Below are positions 55,380 to 64,000 of a DNA stretch of 64,000 nucleotides, piece after piece. Source of the stretch: a virus (Duplodnaviria; Heunggongvirae; Uroviricota; Caudoviricetes). The position numbers were made by a program, and so were the translations under genes. The stretch lies in IMG/VR virus record IMGVR_UViG_3300012665_001805; one strand, 5' to 3'. Under the pieces are notes generated by a model. The model did no database searches, was not told where the DNA came from, and saw only the letters and a list, made by a program, of their open reading frames with translations. Position 1 is the stretch's first letter; the number at the start of each line of letters is the position of its first letter.

Positions 55380-55407
55380 TAGTTTTTTTGGAAAAGTTTG
55401 TTTTTTA

Positions 55408-55740
55408 TTAACCAATATTGTAAGTACAATCTGGTTGTTTAACTTCTAAATCAGATTTTACATATTGATCTAAAGAATCGATCAATGCTGAGTATGGGTT
55501 TTCCATTGATGATGTTGGAAGGATATTTAAATCAATATTATTGTAATAGATATTATCTACTTGATAATATTCTTGATTTGATGGAACTGGGTACGGGAGA
55601 CTACCTGAAATAGGGAGAACTACTTGTGCTTGAAGGTTTAAAATATTAGCATATGGTAAAGTTGGAATCATTAAGATTTCTGGGTTAATAGCATATGTAC
55701 CATTTGTAAGTTTGAAAGACCCTGTTACTTGTAAAGACAT
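55408..55740 (-). CDS. hypothetical protein
   Basis: 110 aa. Confidence 0.3.
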   Translation of the reverse strand: MSLQVTGSFKLTNGTYAINPEILMIPTLPYANILNLQAQVVLPISGSLPYPVPSNQEYYQVDNIYYNNIDLNILPTSSMENPYSALIDSLDQYVKSDLEVKQPDCTYNIG

Positions 55741-55779
55741 AATTTTATTTGTTAATTAATATTTGATGACATATATAAA

Positions 55780-55796
55780 GGCCCCTTTAAGGGGCC
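55780..55796. terminator. bidirectional hairpin GGCCCCTT-TAA-GGGGCC flanked by T-runs
   Basis: plus-strand T8 follows. Confidence 0.5.
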
Positions 55797-55819
55797 TAGT
55801 TTTTTTTATAAGAAATTAA

Positions 55820-56410
55820 TTACTTAATATCAGTTGATTCAATCAATGTGTAAGTAAATGATTTACCATGAATAGCTGCTGCTTTACGAGCGATAACCAT
55901 GAATGCTTCAAAATCAGATGCTTTTTTAAATACTTGGCATCCTTCAGACCAGTTTTCTACATAAGTAGAATCGGCACCTGCTTTATGAATGTTAATTCCA
56001 AATACACCTTCAGCAATTTTAGTTTCATCGTAAGTCATATCACGATTTGCATCACGATAAACTTTAACTGGCTTAGCTTGTTTTAAAGCTTCATATTTTC
56101 CTTGGTGTAAACCTAGGGTATGTGAACCTCTATATTGACCTTCAACTAAACGAGCAACACCTGCTGCGTTATGATATTCTTTAACCCCTTTTTTACCTGG
56201 GTCTGTTGTACAAGGCCATTGAGCGAATTTCTTTTCACCACCTTCTTTGTAAGAAACAGTTATTGTATCATCAAATACATTTGTTACTGTTTGTCCTGTT
56301 GCAGAGTTTCTAACTCCTACGATATTAACATCGAAGTCTTTTTCGCCATCAAACCAAGCGTATCCTTTAGCTTTTACAGCTGTTTCAATTTGTTCTCTTG
56401 TATATGCCAT
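55820..56410 (-). CDS. hypothetical protein (possible cell-wall peptidase; weak)
   Basis: 196 aa; IHKAGAD loosely resembles M15 SxHxxGxAxD. Confidence 0.25.
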   Translation of the reverse strand: MAYTREQIETAVKAKGYAWFDGEKDFDVNIVGVRNSATGQTVTNVFDDTITVSYKEGGEKKFAQWPCTTDPGKKGVKEYHNAAGVARLVEGQYRGSHTLGLHQGKYEALKQAKPVKVYRDANRDMTYDETKIAEGVFGINIHKAGADSTYVENWSEGCQVFKKASDFEAFMVIARKAAAIHGKSFTYTLIESTDIK

Positions 56411-56415
56411 TTTAT

Positions 56416-57174
56416 TTATATGTTATCATATGGAATTCCTTCTCCATCATCTATAGTAATATTAGGATACATTTTAGTTAAAATATCCATAATGTTATTA
56501 ATTGTTGTTAAACGTTGTTGTTCTATTGTTAATCCTGTTTGTTTTGTGTATTCAATTGCAGGGTTTAAAGTACCTTTTTGAAATTCTAAAATACGTGTAA
56601 TTATTTTTCTAAATGTATCGGGTTCATAGGATTGTCCTTTTTCTACAGTAATATCTAAATTACTTTTAATATCCGCTTCATATTGAGCTTTTGTTTCTAA
56701 AAACTTAAGTTCTTGTTCTTTATATTTAGAGATTAATGTTTTTAAATCGGTTGGTTTATCCGCAATATATTGTGGGGTAAATGATCCATTTTTAGATAAG
56801 TAATCATATCCTCTAAATGAAAATTTTTCTGGCCATTCTAATTTATCTAAATTTACTGTGGTTATATAGGAAGCATGTGGGTCTAAAGCTAAAGAATTAA
56901 GTATTAATCTAAGACCTACGGTATAATTTTTACCATATTTTTCTTTAAATAAATAAATTAATTTCTGGTTTGCTTCAAATAATTTAGATAAATCAACTAA
57001 TATCTGTCCATTACCATCAGTTGTATATTTAACATCTCCTATTACATCGGATGTAAAATTAAGGGTTCCTTCAGAAAATGCAGCAAAACTAACAGATATA
57101 ATAACTGGTAGGTTTTCGATTGGATCAGATGAATTATTATCTATATATTCAAAAAGGATTGTGTTATTATCCAT
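56416..57174 (-). CDS. hypothetical protein
   Basis: 252 aa. Confidence 0.3.
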   Translation of the reverse strand: MDNNTILFEYIDNNSSDPIENLPVIISVSFAAFSEGTLNFTSDVIGDVKYTTDGNGQILVDLSKLFEANQKLIYLFKEKYGKNYTVGLRLILNSLALDPHASYITTVNLDKLEWPEKFSFRGYDYLSKNGSFTPQYIADKPTDLKTLISKYKEQELKFLETKAQYEADIKSNLDITVEKGQSYEPDTFRKIITRILEFQKGTLNPAIEYTKQTGLTIEQQRLTTINNIMDILTKMYPNITIDDGEGIPYDNI

Positions 57175-57178
57175 AGTT

Positions 57179-57790
57179 TTATTTTACGTATTCGTAATAT
57201 TTTTTAGTTTTTGAATTGCGATCTTCTAAACCGTGAGTACCTCCGTTGATACGTTTTGTCAATTCTAGAATAGCAGCATCATTGATTCCTTTATCACAAA
57301 TAGCCCACAATTTATTTCTTTCAAAGAAGAACATTGCTGATTCAAAGGCGTATTTTGTAGCTACTAGATCAGGATTAGTAACAACTTCATCTGTACCTAA
57401 ATACTTTGCAAATGCTTCGTAATTAGCTTTACCAGTTAATTGTAATGCACCACGACCTCTATATTTCCAACCATCACCCGAAGCTTCGTTTCCGTTACCC
57501 ATACGATCTGCATAAACACGATTAGCAATTTTTTCAGGTTGACGAGCATAAGATTCTTCTAGGGTTCCCGGGAAATATTTTCCAAAGATACCTTGCAAAC
57601 CTTGTGCTGAATAGTTTAGGTTTTCACTAAATGCTTTAAAACCACCTGTTTCATGTGATGTTTGTGCAAAGAAGTGTGCTGCACGTACAGGTGTTAATTT
57701 CAATAACGCCATTCCGGCTTTCATTGTACCTGGTCCAAAAGCGCCGTCCGCGGCTACTCCTGCTCTTTCTTGTAAACTTTTTAAACTCAT
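57179..57790 (-). CDS. endolysin, glycoside hydrolase family 19 (chitinase-like lysozyme)
   Basis: FFAQTSHETGG and YRGRGALQLTG..NY GH19 signatures. Confidence 0.85.
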   Translation of the reverse strand: MSLKSLQERAGVAADGAFGPGTMKAGMALLKLTPVRAAHFFAQTSHETGGFKAFSENLNYSAQGLQGIFGKYFPGTLEESYARQPEKIANRVYADRMGNGNEASGDGWKYRGRGALQLTGKANYEAFAKYLGTDEVVTNPDLVATKYAFESAMFFFERNKLWAICDKGINDAAILELTKRINGGTHGLEDRNSKTKKYYEYVK

Positions 57791-58102
57791 TTATTCCTCC
57801 TCGTTTTTATCATTTTTTTTATTAATCCATTTATCAACAGAAGCAATTCCAAATGAACCTAAAACAACTACCATAAAACCATCAAAGATAAATTTGTTGA
57901 TTAATAATGGTTTACCATAAGCTCCAGTAATTAGATCTACTGCCAAAGCAATCACTAGCATAAAGAATGCAATAAAACCAACTACTGATTTTTCGTTGAT
58001 TGTGTTGTTGTCATCAAACAACTGTCTAAAAAATTTTCTCATAATGTTTCTTTTATTATAAATATTAATGATTCGAATAAAATTCGATTTGTTTGGTTGC
58101 AT
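57791..58102 (-). CDS. holin candidate (small membrane protein adjacent to endolysin)
   Basis: 103 aa, two TM helices, charged C-terminus. Confidence 0.4.
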   Translation of the reverse strand: MQPNKSNFIRIINIYNKRNIMRKFFRQLFDDNNTINEKSVVGFIAFFMLVIALAVDLITGAYGKPLLINKFIFDGFMVVVLGSFGIASVDKWINKKNDKNEEE

Positions 58103-58514
58103 GGTTTACCAGCCAAGGTTCTATATTAGGAATTTTTAATAACATTTCTAATTCATAAGTGTAACATACTACCTCTTCATAACTTTCAGGCATTAGTAAC
58201 TTATTTTTTAAAATATATAAATGTAGAGATTCATGTACTAAAGTAGCAGCTAAATCATTTATATTTCCCGCTATCATTTCTTTTTGAGAAATTAATATTG
58301 TAGTTCCGTTTTCAGTAGTTGAAAATGGTAAAAGTGAATAACTGATATGTTCACAGTTTTCAATTAGTAAGGTATATTTTTCTGGGTCGTATTGTTTTAC
58401 AACTTCTATTGCTTGTTCAATTTTATTTTTCCATCCATCACCTACATCATCTATTTTGATTTGGGTGAATGAAAAAAATGGTATAAAACTAAGGCATACG
58501 ATTAATAGCTTCAT
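58065..58514 (-). CDS. secreted protein with HExxH (putative metallopeptidase)
   Basis: signal peptide; VHESLHLY. Confidence 0.35.
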   Translation of the reverse strand: MKLLIVCLSFIPFFSFTQIKIDDVGDGWKNKIEQAIEVVKQYDPEKYTLLIENCEHISYSLLPFSTTENGTTILISQKEMIAGNINDLAATLVHESLHLYILKNKLLMPESYEEVVCYTYELEMLLKIPNIEPWLVNHATKQIEFYSNH

Positions 58515-58938
58515 TTATGGCTTTTTTTAGAGAGTTAGATACTGTCATTTTTTCAAATGGAATAGTACCTTCTTTTACTTCAATCATTACTGCTGTAATT
58601 TCTGTTTCAGATTCACCTATACCTTCATATTTGGCTCCTTTGTAATGTAAGCGAACTCCAACTTGAGTAATTACATTTGATTTTTCTATACCTGCTATTC
58701 GTAATGTGTTTTTTGGAATACCAAAATAGTATATTTCAATTTTAATAGGTTCACCAGTTTCATCTAAACAATATTTTTCAGATAATATATCTTCAGCAAT
58801 TTGTTTAATACCAAAGCGAATATCTCGTGTACCTAGTTCTCTAAGTTTTGCGGTTACAAACACAGTATCTACATAAACACATTGTTGTGCAGCTAATGTA
58901 AGTGGGAATAAAAATAACGCAAGTAATAGTTTTTTCAT
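58489..58938 (-). CDS. secreted/lipo-protein
   Basis: signal peptide MKKLLLALFLFPLTLAAQQC. Confidence 0.35.
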   Translation of the reverse strand: MKKLLLALFLFPLTLAAQQCVYVDTVFVTAKLRELGTRDIRFGIKQIAEDILSEKYCLDETGEPIKIEIYYFGIPKNTLRIAGIEKSNVITQVGVRLHYKGAKYEGIGESETEITAVMIEVKEGTIPFEKMTVSNSLKKAINEAINRMP

Positions 58939-58941
58939 AAT

Positions 58942-59748
58942 TTAAAATTTAAGTGTTGATCCAATTAATATATTGTGCATAAGACCCCATTTTGGAGTAG
59001 TGTTCATATTACCTCTATAGGTTAAATTTAATTTAAAACGTTTTGATAATTTAATTCCTACACAATTTCCAACTACTGCATTGAAAGTAGATGATGAACT
59101 GAAGAAGTTCATTCCTATATCATAATAAGGAGAACACATTGTAATATAAGCTTCAGGGCGTATGTCAATTCTATTTGAAAGTTTAAATTCCTTTTGTGTC
59201 AACAATACTAAATATGGTACAGCTACGAAATAAGCATCTTTATCTGTACTTTTTCCATTAGCAACAATCCCAACGCCAATCTGAGCACCTAAGGTAAACT
59301 CTTTAATTTTTTTAGGTTCCCATACTCTAGTAACAGACATTCCAGTATTAAGTGCCATAGCCATTCTACCAAAATTTATATGATAGTACCATTTTTCTCG
59401 TCTATAATAAAAGGAATATGATTGTTGTGATAAATCAAAAGTTAATACTGCATTAGCACCAAAACCTTTACCAAAAGTAATACTACTCCAGTTTAAACTA
59501 GTACCTGGTCTAAATGTAAATGTTTCATAAGTAGGACTTCCTACTAAAGCAAAATCTGCTGAGTTTAGGATTTGGTTTGGTTTAATAATAGATCCACCTC
59601 CAAATGATCTAGATTGGGCCCCCATAATACTGTTTTGGGTTGTACCAAAATCTTCTTGAGCAGTAGGTGGTGATGGGGCAGGTGGTGGGGGAGCAGTTTG
59701 TCCAAATAACATGATTGGGAAAAACAAAATTAAAAATAAATTTTTCAT
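58942..59748 (-). CDS. secreted protein, Pro-rich N-terminus, beta-rich (outer-membrane-like)
   Basis: signal peptide, PPPPAPSPP, alternating hydrophobic pattern, C-terminal F. Confidence 0.35.
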   Translation of the reverse strand: MKNLFLILFFPIMLFGQTAPPPPAPSPPTAQEDFGTTQNSIMGAQSRSFGGGSIIKPNQILNSADFALVGSPTYETFTFRPGTSLNWSSITFGKGFGANAVLTFDLSQQSYSFYYRREKWYYHINFGRMAMALNTGMSVTRVWEPKKIKEFTLGAQIGVGIVANGKSTDKDAYFVAVPYLVLLTQKEFKLSNRIDIRPEAYITMCSPYYDIGMNFFSSSSTFNAVVGNCVGIKLSKRFKLNLTYRGNMNTTPKWGLMHNILIGSTLKF

Positions 59749-59749
59749 A

Positions 59750-60787
59750 TCAATAAGTTACTTGCCCCTTATACCCAGGAGCGATTAAATAATAGTTTCC
59801 TGTTGTGGTACCACTTACAGGTGTGTTAATTGTAATTGAACTTACACCAGGTATAGTTGAACGTAAGTCGGTTGTACCTGTTGTTAAAGAGGTATACTGT
59901 GTTGGAGTAAATATTCTAGATGAGTAAGGGTATGTTGCTAATCCATTTTGTTTTAAATTAATAAAAATAGCATCAGATACACTTATTCTTCCATCATTGT
60001 TTGTATCATATTGTATCCAATGTATGCTTTTTCTTATTGTATTACCTAATACGTTATCTGTTACACCTCTAAGATCTGTTATAGTATGGGATGTTATTGG
60101 GGTAGGAGCATCTATTTGAATGTACCATTCAGTAGCGGGGTTAGTTGATTGAGAAAATGAATAATATCCTAATGAATTTGTATAAACAGTTTGGTGTAGG
60201 ACCCATGGTGTAAAAGTTACTATATAATTAAACTCGATGACATAGGGTAATGATTGATTGTTTGGTAAGTCATTCCATTTACCCCCACCAACAAATTGAA
60301 TATAATCCTCATTACCTGCATTATTTGGTTCACCTGGGTTCCATGAACTATAGGAGTAAGTCTCTCCAGTTACCCAACGCCAAACACCTTCAGTAACTTC
60401 ATCTGTTAAACCAATCCATCCACTTGGCCATAAGCTATATATAAAATTATTTTCGGCAGCAGAAGTTACAGTTACTAAATAACCCCCCATGTTTGAACAA
60501 GCAGTTCTTGCATCTGTCCAAAAAGCACTTCCCGTTGAGCGATAATATGAGTGTCCGTTATAATTTTGTTGGGATGTAAATCCGGTTAATGTTGGAGTAG
60601 TACGTTTATACAATTTAACAGGTACATTTACAGCACCTGTACCATCAGCATTTCGAATATATCCAGAATATGTAAATGTTTGAGCAAACAAGTTACATGA
60701 AGATAATATAAAAAATATTATTGCCCAACCATTAATCTTGTTCCACATGTTACTGTATAATTTAGGGTTGAGTTGCCTAAAGACCAA
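59750..60787 (-). CDS. secreted C-type lectin domain protein with dockerin/EF-hand-like Ca-binding motif
   Basis: signal/anchor; WTDARTACSNMGGYLVTVTSAAENNF...WIGLTD...GVWRWVTG...WNPGEPNN...WNDLPN = canonical CTLD; DTNNDGRISVSDAIFI dockerin-like. Confidence 0.6.
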   Translation of the reverse strand: MVFRQLNPKLYSNMWNKINGWAIIFFILSSCNLFAQTFTYSGYIRNADGTGAVNVPVKLYKRTTPTLTGFTSQQNYNGHSYYRSTGSAFWTDARTACSNMGGYLVTVTSAAENNFIYSLWPSGWIGLTDEVTEGVWRWVTGETYSYSSWNPGEPNNAGNEDYIQFVGGGKWNDLPNNQSLPYVIEFNYIVTFTPWVLHQTVYTNSLGYYSFSQSTNPATEWYIQIDAPTPITSHTITDLRGVTDNVLGNTIRKSIHWIQYDTNNDGRISVSDAIFINLKQNGLATYPYSSRIFTPTQYTSLTTGTTDLRSTIPGVSSITINTPVSGTTTGNYYLIAPGYKGQVTY

Positions 60788-62268
60788 GCACCACCCGCGT
60801 TTATGTTAAATTTAAATTTCTTAGTTATCCCTATATTAACTCCAATACTAGGAATCATTACATATGGGGATTGCATTACTATATCATTATAATAACTTAC
60901 GTAAGGTGAATAAACCATCAAATCCGTAAATTTGATATCTAATCGTTTACCTACTTTTAAATCATACATACCTCCTGCTATTACAGCAGTACCTAAAAAC
61001 TGTGTTCTAAAAACAGCACCATATGATACTGTTGCCATATAAATGACTTTAAGATTTTTTACTTTTTGGAATGAAAACATTTGACCACCTGAAATGGTTC
61101 CATAAAGAGAACCAGTCCCTTCAAATCCAACAGTTGCTGTTGCTGAAAGTATAGTGACTGCTTTGGGTTTCATCCAGGCATAGAATCCTGTAATGTTTGG
61201 GCCTTTTAATGCGGAAGTATAGTCACCTAATACACCCCAACTGCGTTTACCATCCCAGCGTAAAGAAGTATAACCACCAGTTACTTTTAAACCAGTAGTT
61301 ACCTCAGAGTCTTTGAAATTAAATCCAACAAAGTCACTTGATGCTACAACAGATGGTTTTCCGCCTTCTTTACTTTTTGAGCTACCGGATGTTGTTGTAG
61401 ATCCTCTAATAGTATTTGTACTACCTCCAGTTATATTTGTTTTGCCGCTTTCTTCTTGCGGGGTCTGTACTTCTTGCGTTTCGGTTTGACTACCTTCTCC
61501 GCCACTACCGTTTCCTGAAGTACCACCTTGGGTGCTGCTTCCTTCTGTGCTGCTGCTTGTTCCAGTGCTAGTACTTCCTTCTGTAGTTGGTTCTGTAGTT
61601 GTGCTACTAGAAGAGCCGCTTGTGGGTTCGGTGCTTGAACTACTTGTTCCTGTTTCTGTTCCAGTGCTTGACGTAGTTCCTCCATTTTCTCCGCTTCCGG
61701 TACCTGTGGTTGTTTGACCTCCTGTTGTTGTTTGTGGTGACGTTTGTACGTTCGTAGGTGTACTGCTTGTTCCGTTAGATTCCACCCCGCTATTGCCGCT
61801 AGTGCTATTATTACTATTAGTGCTATTATTGTTCCCATTTTTTTCGTTTTTATTATTTGTATTATTATTTGTACTTCCTGCTACAGTTGTAGTTGCTCCT
61901 CCTAAAATATTTGTTGAACCAGCTAAATCAGCTATTGCTGAAAGTGAGTTTAGTATACCAATTGTGTTTAATACGGTTGATTGGCTTACATTCACTGCAG
62001 TTGATACACCAACTATTTGAGCACAAGGTGAAATATTTTGGTATTGAGCTAATACTTGGTTGGCCCAGTTTTCAAATGTTCCATTTTGGAAATCAATTCC
62101 TGTAAATGAAGATGTCTCTCCATAATATGAAACTGCTATACTTCCATTTACGGGGACACTTAATGATTTCAATACCCCTGTGCAAGGATCTGTATAACTA
62201 TAAATATATGATTGAGCACTCAATGTGAGTCCCAAAAAACATGTCAATATAAGTACTACTAGTTTCAA
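60718..62268 (-). CDS. secreted protein with long Ser/Thr/Gly-rich linker and C-terminal beta-rich domain
   Basis: signal peptide MKLVVLILTCFLGLTLSAQS; ~170-aa S/T/G/N low-complexity region; alternating beta pattern at C-terminus. Confidence 0.5.
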   Translation of the reverse strand: MKLVVLILTCFLGLTLSAQSYIYSYTDPCTGVLKSLSVPVNGSIAVSYYGETSSFTGIDFQNGTFENWANQVLAQYQNISPCAQIVGVSTAVNVSQSTVLNTIGILNSLSAIADLAGSTNILGGATTTVAGSTNNNTNNKNEKNGNNNSTNSNNSTSGNSGVESNGTSSTPTNVQTSPQTTTGGQTTTGTGSGENGGTTSSTGTETGTSSSSTEPTSGSSSSTTTEPTTEGSTSTGTSSSTEGSSTQGGTSGNGSGGEGSQTETQEVQTPQEESGKTNITGGSTNTIRGSTTTSGSSKSKEGGKPSVVASSDFVGFNFKDSEVTTGLKVTGGYTSLRWDGKRSWGVLGDYTSALKGPNITGFYAWMKPKAVTILSATATVGFEGTGSLYGTISGGQMFSFQKVKNLKVIYMATVSYGAVFRTQFLGTAVIAGGMYDLKVGKRLDIKFTDLMVYSPYVSYYNDIVMQSPYVMIPSIGVNIGITKKFKFNINAGGAWSLGNSTLNYTVTCGTRLMVGQ

Positions 62269-63002
62269 CTTTTGAATACACCTTTAGAGATTAGTCTTGA
62301 GACAACCCTAGAAGATGCAGTTTCTAATGCTTTTTTAGTAGTAATACCTATAGTGGATTGGTTAAATTTAACTTCTTCAGCCATATCATCTAAAATAGAT
62401 GACATTTTAACTGTATTAGCTTCACCTAAACCTGATCCAACGATAATTTGTCCTGTTTCGGCGTCTACAAATTTAATTTGTAATCCTAAACGTGTGGTCT
62501 GTGTTACCGTGGTTTTACCGTCTAATTTAACTATTTCGTCCTCTGAAACTGAAAAATCATAAATTTCAATATACACGAAATATTTTGCTAAGACAACGTT
62601 TCCTTTAACTTCTATTTTATTTGATGAAATTCCCTTATCAGATGCTTTATCTTGGGCAATCATCCTTTGTTTAATATCTTCTTTTTCTTCAGTAAATGTA
62701 AATCTTCCAGTATATTCAAGATATTCAATTACTATATTCGTTACACCTAAACCAACTCGTTTGTCTTTTAGCTCAGGATACATTTCGTACAATTCAGCGT
62801 TTATACCAATTTTAAGTAATTGAATTGGCACTTGAATTGTATCGGTATAATTGGATACTACTTCCAATGATTGTTTTTTCTCAAAGTCTGCTTGATATTG
62901 TTCTGTTTTAACAGTCCCAATACCTCCTTGAGGAGGTTGAGCTTGGGCCGTTTTACAAGAAAACAGCCCTAACATCAATAATATGCATAAAAATCTTACC
63001 AT
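62265..63002 (-). CDS. lipoprotein
   Basis: signal peptide with LFSC lipobox. Confidence 0.4.
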   Translation of the reverse strand: MVRFLCILLMLGLFSCKTAQAQPPQGGIGTVKTEQYQADFEKKQSLEVVSNYTDTIQVPIQLLKIGINAELYEMYPELKDKRVGLGVTNIVIEYLEYTGRFTFTEEKEDIKQRMIAQDKASDKGISSNKIEVKGNVVLAKYFVYIEIYDFSVSEDEIVKLDGKTTVTQTTRLGLQIKFVDAETGQIIVGSGLGEANTVKMSSILDDMAEEVKFNQSTIGITTKKALETASSRVVSRLISKGVFKS

Positions 63003-63316
63003 GATTCTTCTTGTGGTTTTTGAACCGGTGCAGCTGGTTGGGATGGTTTTTCAATTACTCGTTCGCGAATTACTGTTCCTCCTCCATTTTCAACTTTTTG
63101 TTTGTTTTCTTGGTTTTGTTGAACATTAACAATTACAGGAGCTGCAGAAGCTGCAGGTTGTTCTGTTTTTGTTTCTTCTTTAGGTTCTTCAGCATGACCT
63201 CCAAATAAAATTGTTGATAACCATACACCACCACCTGTAATAACTGTAGTAAGTGTTCCGATAATTGTTTTTTTCATTCCTGACCAAGTACCGTCGTTGT
63301 GTGTTTCTTCTGACAT
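62996..63316 (-). CDS. membrane protein with Pro/Gln-rich tail
   Basis: 106 aa, TM helices. Confidence 0.3.
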   Translation of the reverse strand: MSEETHNDGTWSGMKKTIIGTLTTVITGGGVWLSTILFGGHAEEPKEETKTEQPAASAAPVIVNVQQNQENKQKVENGGGTVIRERVIEKPSQPAAPVQKPQEESW

Positions 63317-63319
63317 AGA

Positions 63320-64000
63320 TTATTGTTTAATTAATTTATTATAAATAGTAGTTTCGTTATCTAAAGATAAATTTACTACATACATTCCCGGAGCTAATTT
63401 ACCTAAATCTTTTACATATGTAAATTGTCCTGATGGTAGTTCACCTTCTAGGATTGTAATTATTTTTCTACCTTGTAAATCATAAATTGCTAAATGTGCT
63501 TTTGTATCAATATTTACATTAAAAGTAATAGCAACATCATCTAATACTGGATTGGGGTTAACTTCAATTGTATTTGGAGCAATCAATTTACCATTTACTG
63601 ATTTTAATACTTGTAATATTCCGTTTGTTGGAGTAATTTCAAGATCTTTTGCGTAAGTATCTCCTGCAAATTTATCAGTTGTATAAAGTGGACTTTCAGC
63701 CCAATCGTTTTGTGGTTGTTTAGCTAAAAATTGTAATGTAATTACCTCACTACCATCTTGTAATAAATTGTTATTTGTTGGATCATATCCACCCCATTTA
63801 ATTTCGTCGTTGTTTGGGTTGATATATGTTAACCACTTCATTACGTTCGAAGTAGAATATGCACTTTTAAATTCAAGTACTGTTGGATCATATTTTAATC
63901 CAAATTGTAATGAATTTAATGTTTTTCCATTTGTAAATACTTTTACAGGAATATTAACTAAATTTCCAGCATCTACAGCTAAACGAGGTACGTTTACTTC
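63320..64000 (-). CDS. T9SS (Por) C-terminal sorting domain protein, 5'-partial (continues beyond window)
   Basis: C-terminal ~80 aa NPNPVLDDVAITFNV...AIYDLQGRKIITIL...GMYVVNLSLDNETTIYNKLIKQ fits T9SS CTD; reading frame stays open upstream of the annotated Met to the window edge. Confidence 0.6.
   Translation of the reverse strand, partial: EVNVPRLAVDAGNLVNIPVKVFTNGKTLNSLQFGLKYDPTVLEFKSAYSTSNVMKWLTYINPNNDEIKWGGYDPTNNNLLQDGSEVITLQFLAKQPQNDWAESPLYTTDKFAGDTYAKDLEITPTNGILQVLKSVNGKLIAPNTIEVNPNPVLDDVAITFNVNIDTKAHLAIYDLQGRKIITILEGELPSGQFTYVKDLGKLAPGMYVVNLSLDNETTIYNKLIKQ

Noticed and set aside
61431-61838. 135-aa ORF inside the Ser/Thr/Gly-rich region of ORF 60718-62268
   Set aside because: Alternate frame through a low-complexity repeat; the Ala/Gln/Lys-rich product is an artefact of the same repeat.
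473-62562. All plus-strand ORFs in the six-frame track (e.g. 473-949, 954-1166, 1742-2008, 6179-6409, 21198-21503, 38270-38485, 40857-41309, 48002-48310, 56171-56581, 61532-61717, 62272-62562)
   Set aside because: Each lies antisense inside a longer, better-supported minus-strand gene with recognisable domains. They are low-complexity/AT-codon shadow frames with no independent evidence.
1-64000. CRISPR arrays, integrase/attachment sites, transposases
   Set aside because: No regularly spaced direct repeats with unique spacers, no tyrosine/serine recombinase signatures, and no IS-like inverted repeats were seen. The only tandem repeat (43455-43600) is in-frame coding.

Overview
AT-rich (~33% GC) 64-kb segment with the organisation of a large lytic phage genome of a Bacteroidetes/Flavobacteriia host. 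It reads as a continuous phage replication/nucleotide-metabolism/lysis region rather than cellular DNA, though host or prophage-edge DNA at the 3' end cannot be excluded. Almost every credible gene is on the minus strand; the plus-strand ORFs in the track are shadow frames. Left to right: a DUF932-like paralog pair, a RecA-superfamily ATPase and an SPFH/band-7 protein; an RNA-repair module (Rnl2-type RNA ligase with an N-terminal tRNA-binding OB domain, Pnk-like P-loop kinase, calcineurin-like phosphoesterase); an array of about 27 minus-strand tRNA genes covering all 20 amino acids and bracketed by intrinsic terminators; zinc-finger/HNH genes; a ~15-kb nucleotide-sugar biosynthesis and glycosyltransferase island; a replication block (Cas4-like nuclease, clamp loader, GroEL/GroES, putative sliding clamp, family-B DNA polymerase); and a 7-deazaguanine biosynthesis cluster (FolE, QueD, QueE, QueC-like, TGT/DpdA-like transglycosylase) with thioredoxin, HPRT and MazG-like genes. 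No QueF or QueC-fused amidotransferase was recognisable, which points to preQ0-type DNA modification. Downstream lie a ThyA homolog with insertions, an SLT transglycosylase, a GH19 endolysin plus holin candidate, and a run of signal-peptide proteins including a canonical C-type lectin domain, a dockerin-like motif and a T9SS C-terminal sorting domain. A conserved motif (minus-sense TTCGTATATT) recurs about 30 nt upstream of at least 12 genes, often right after a terminator hairpin, and looks like a phage-specific promoter. All calls are from reading the sequence by eye; no searches were run.
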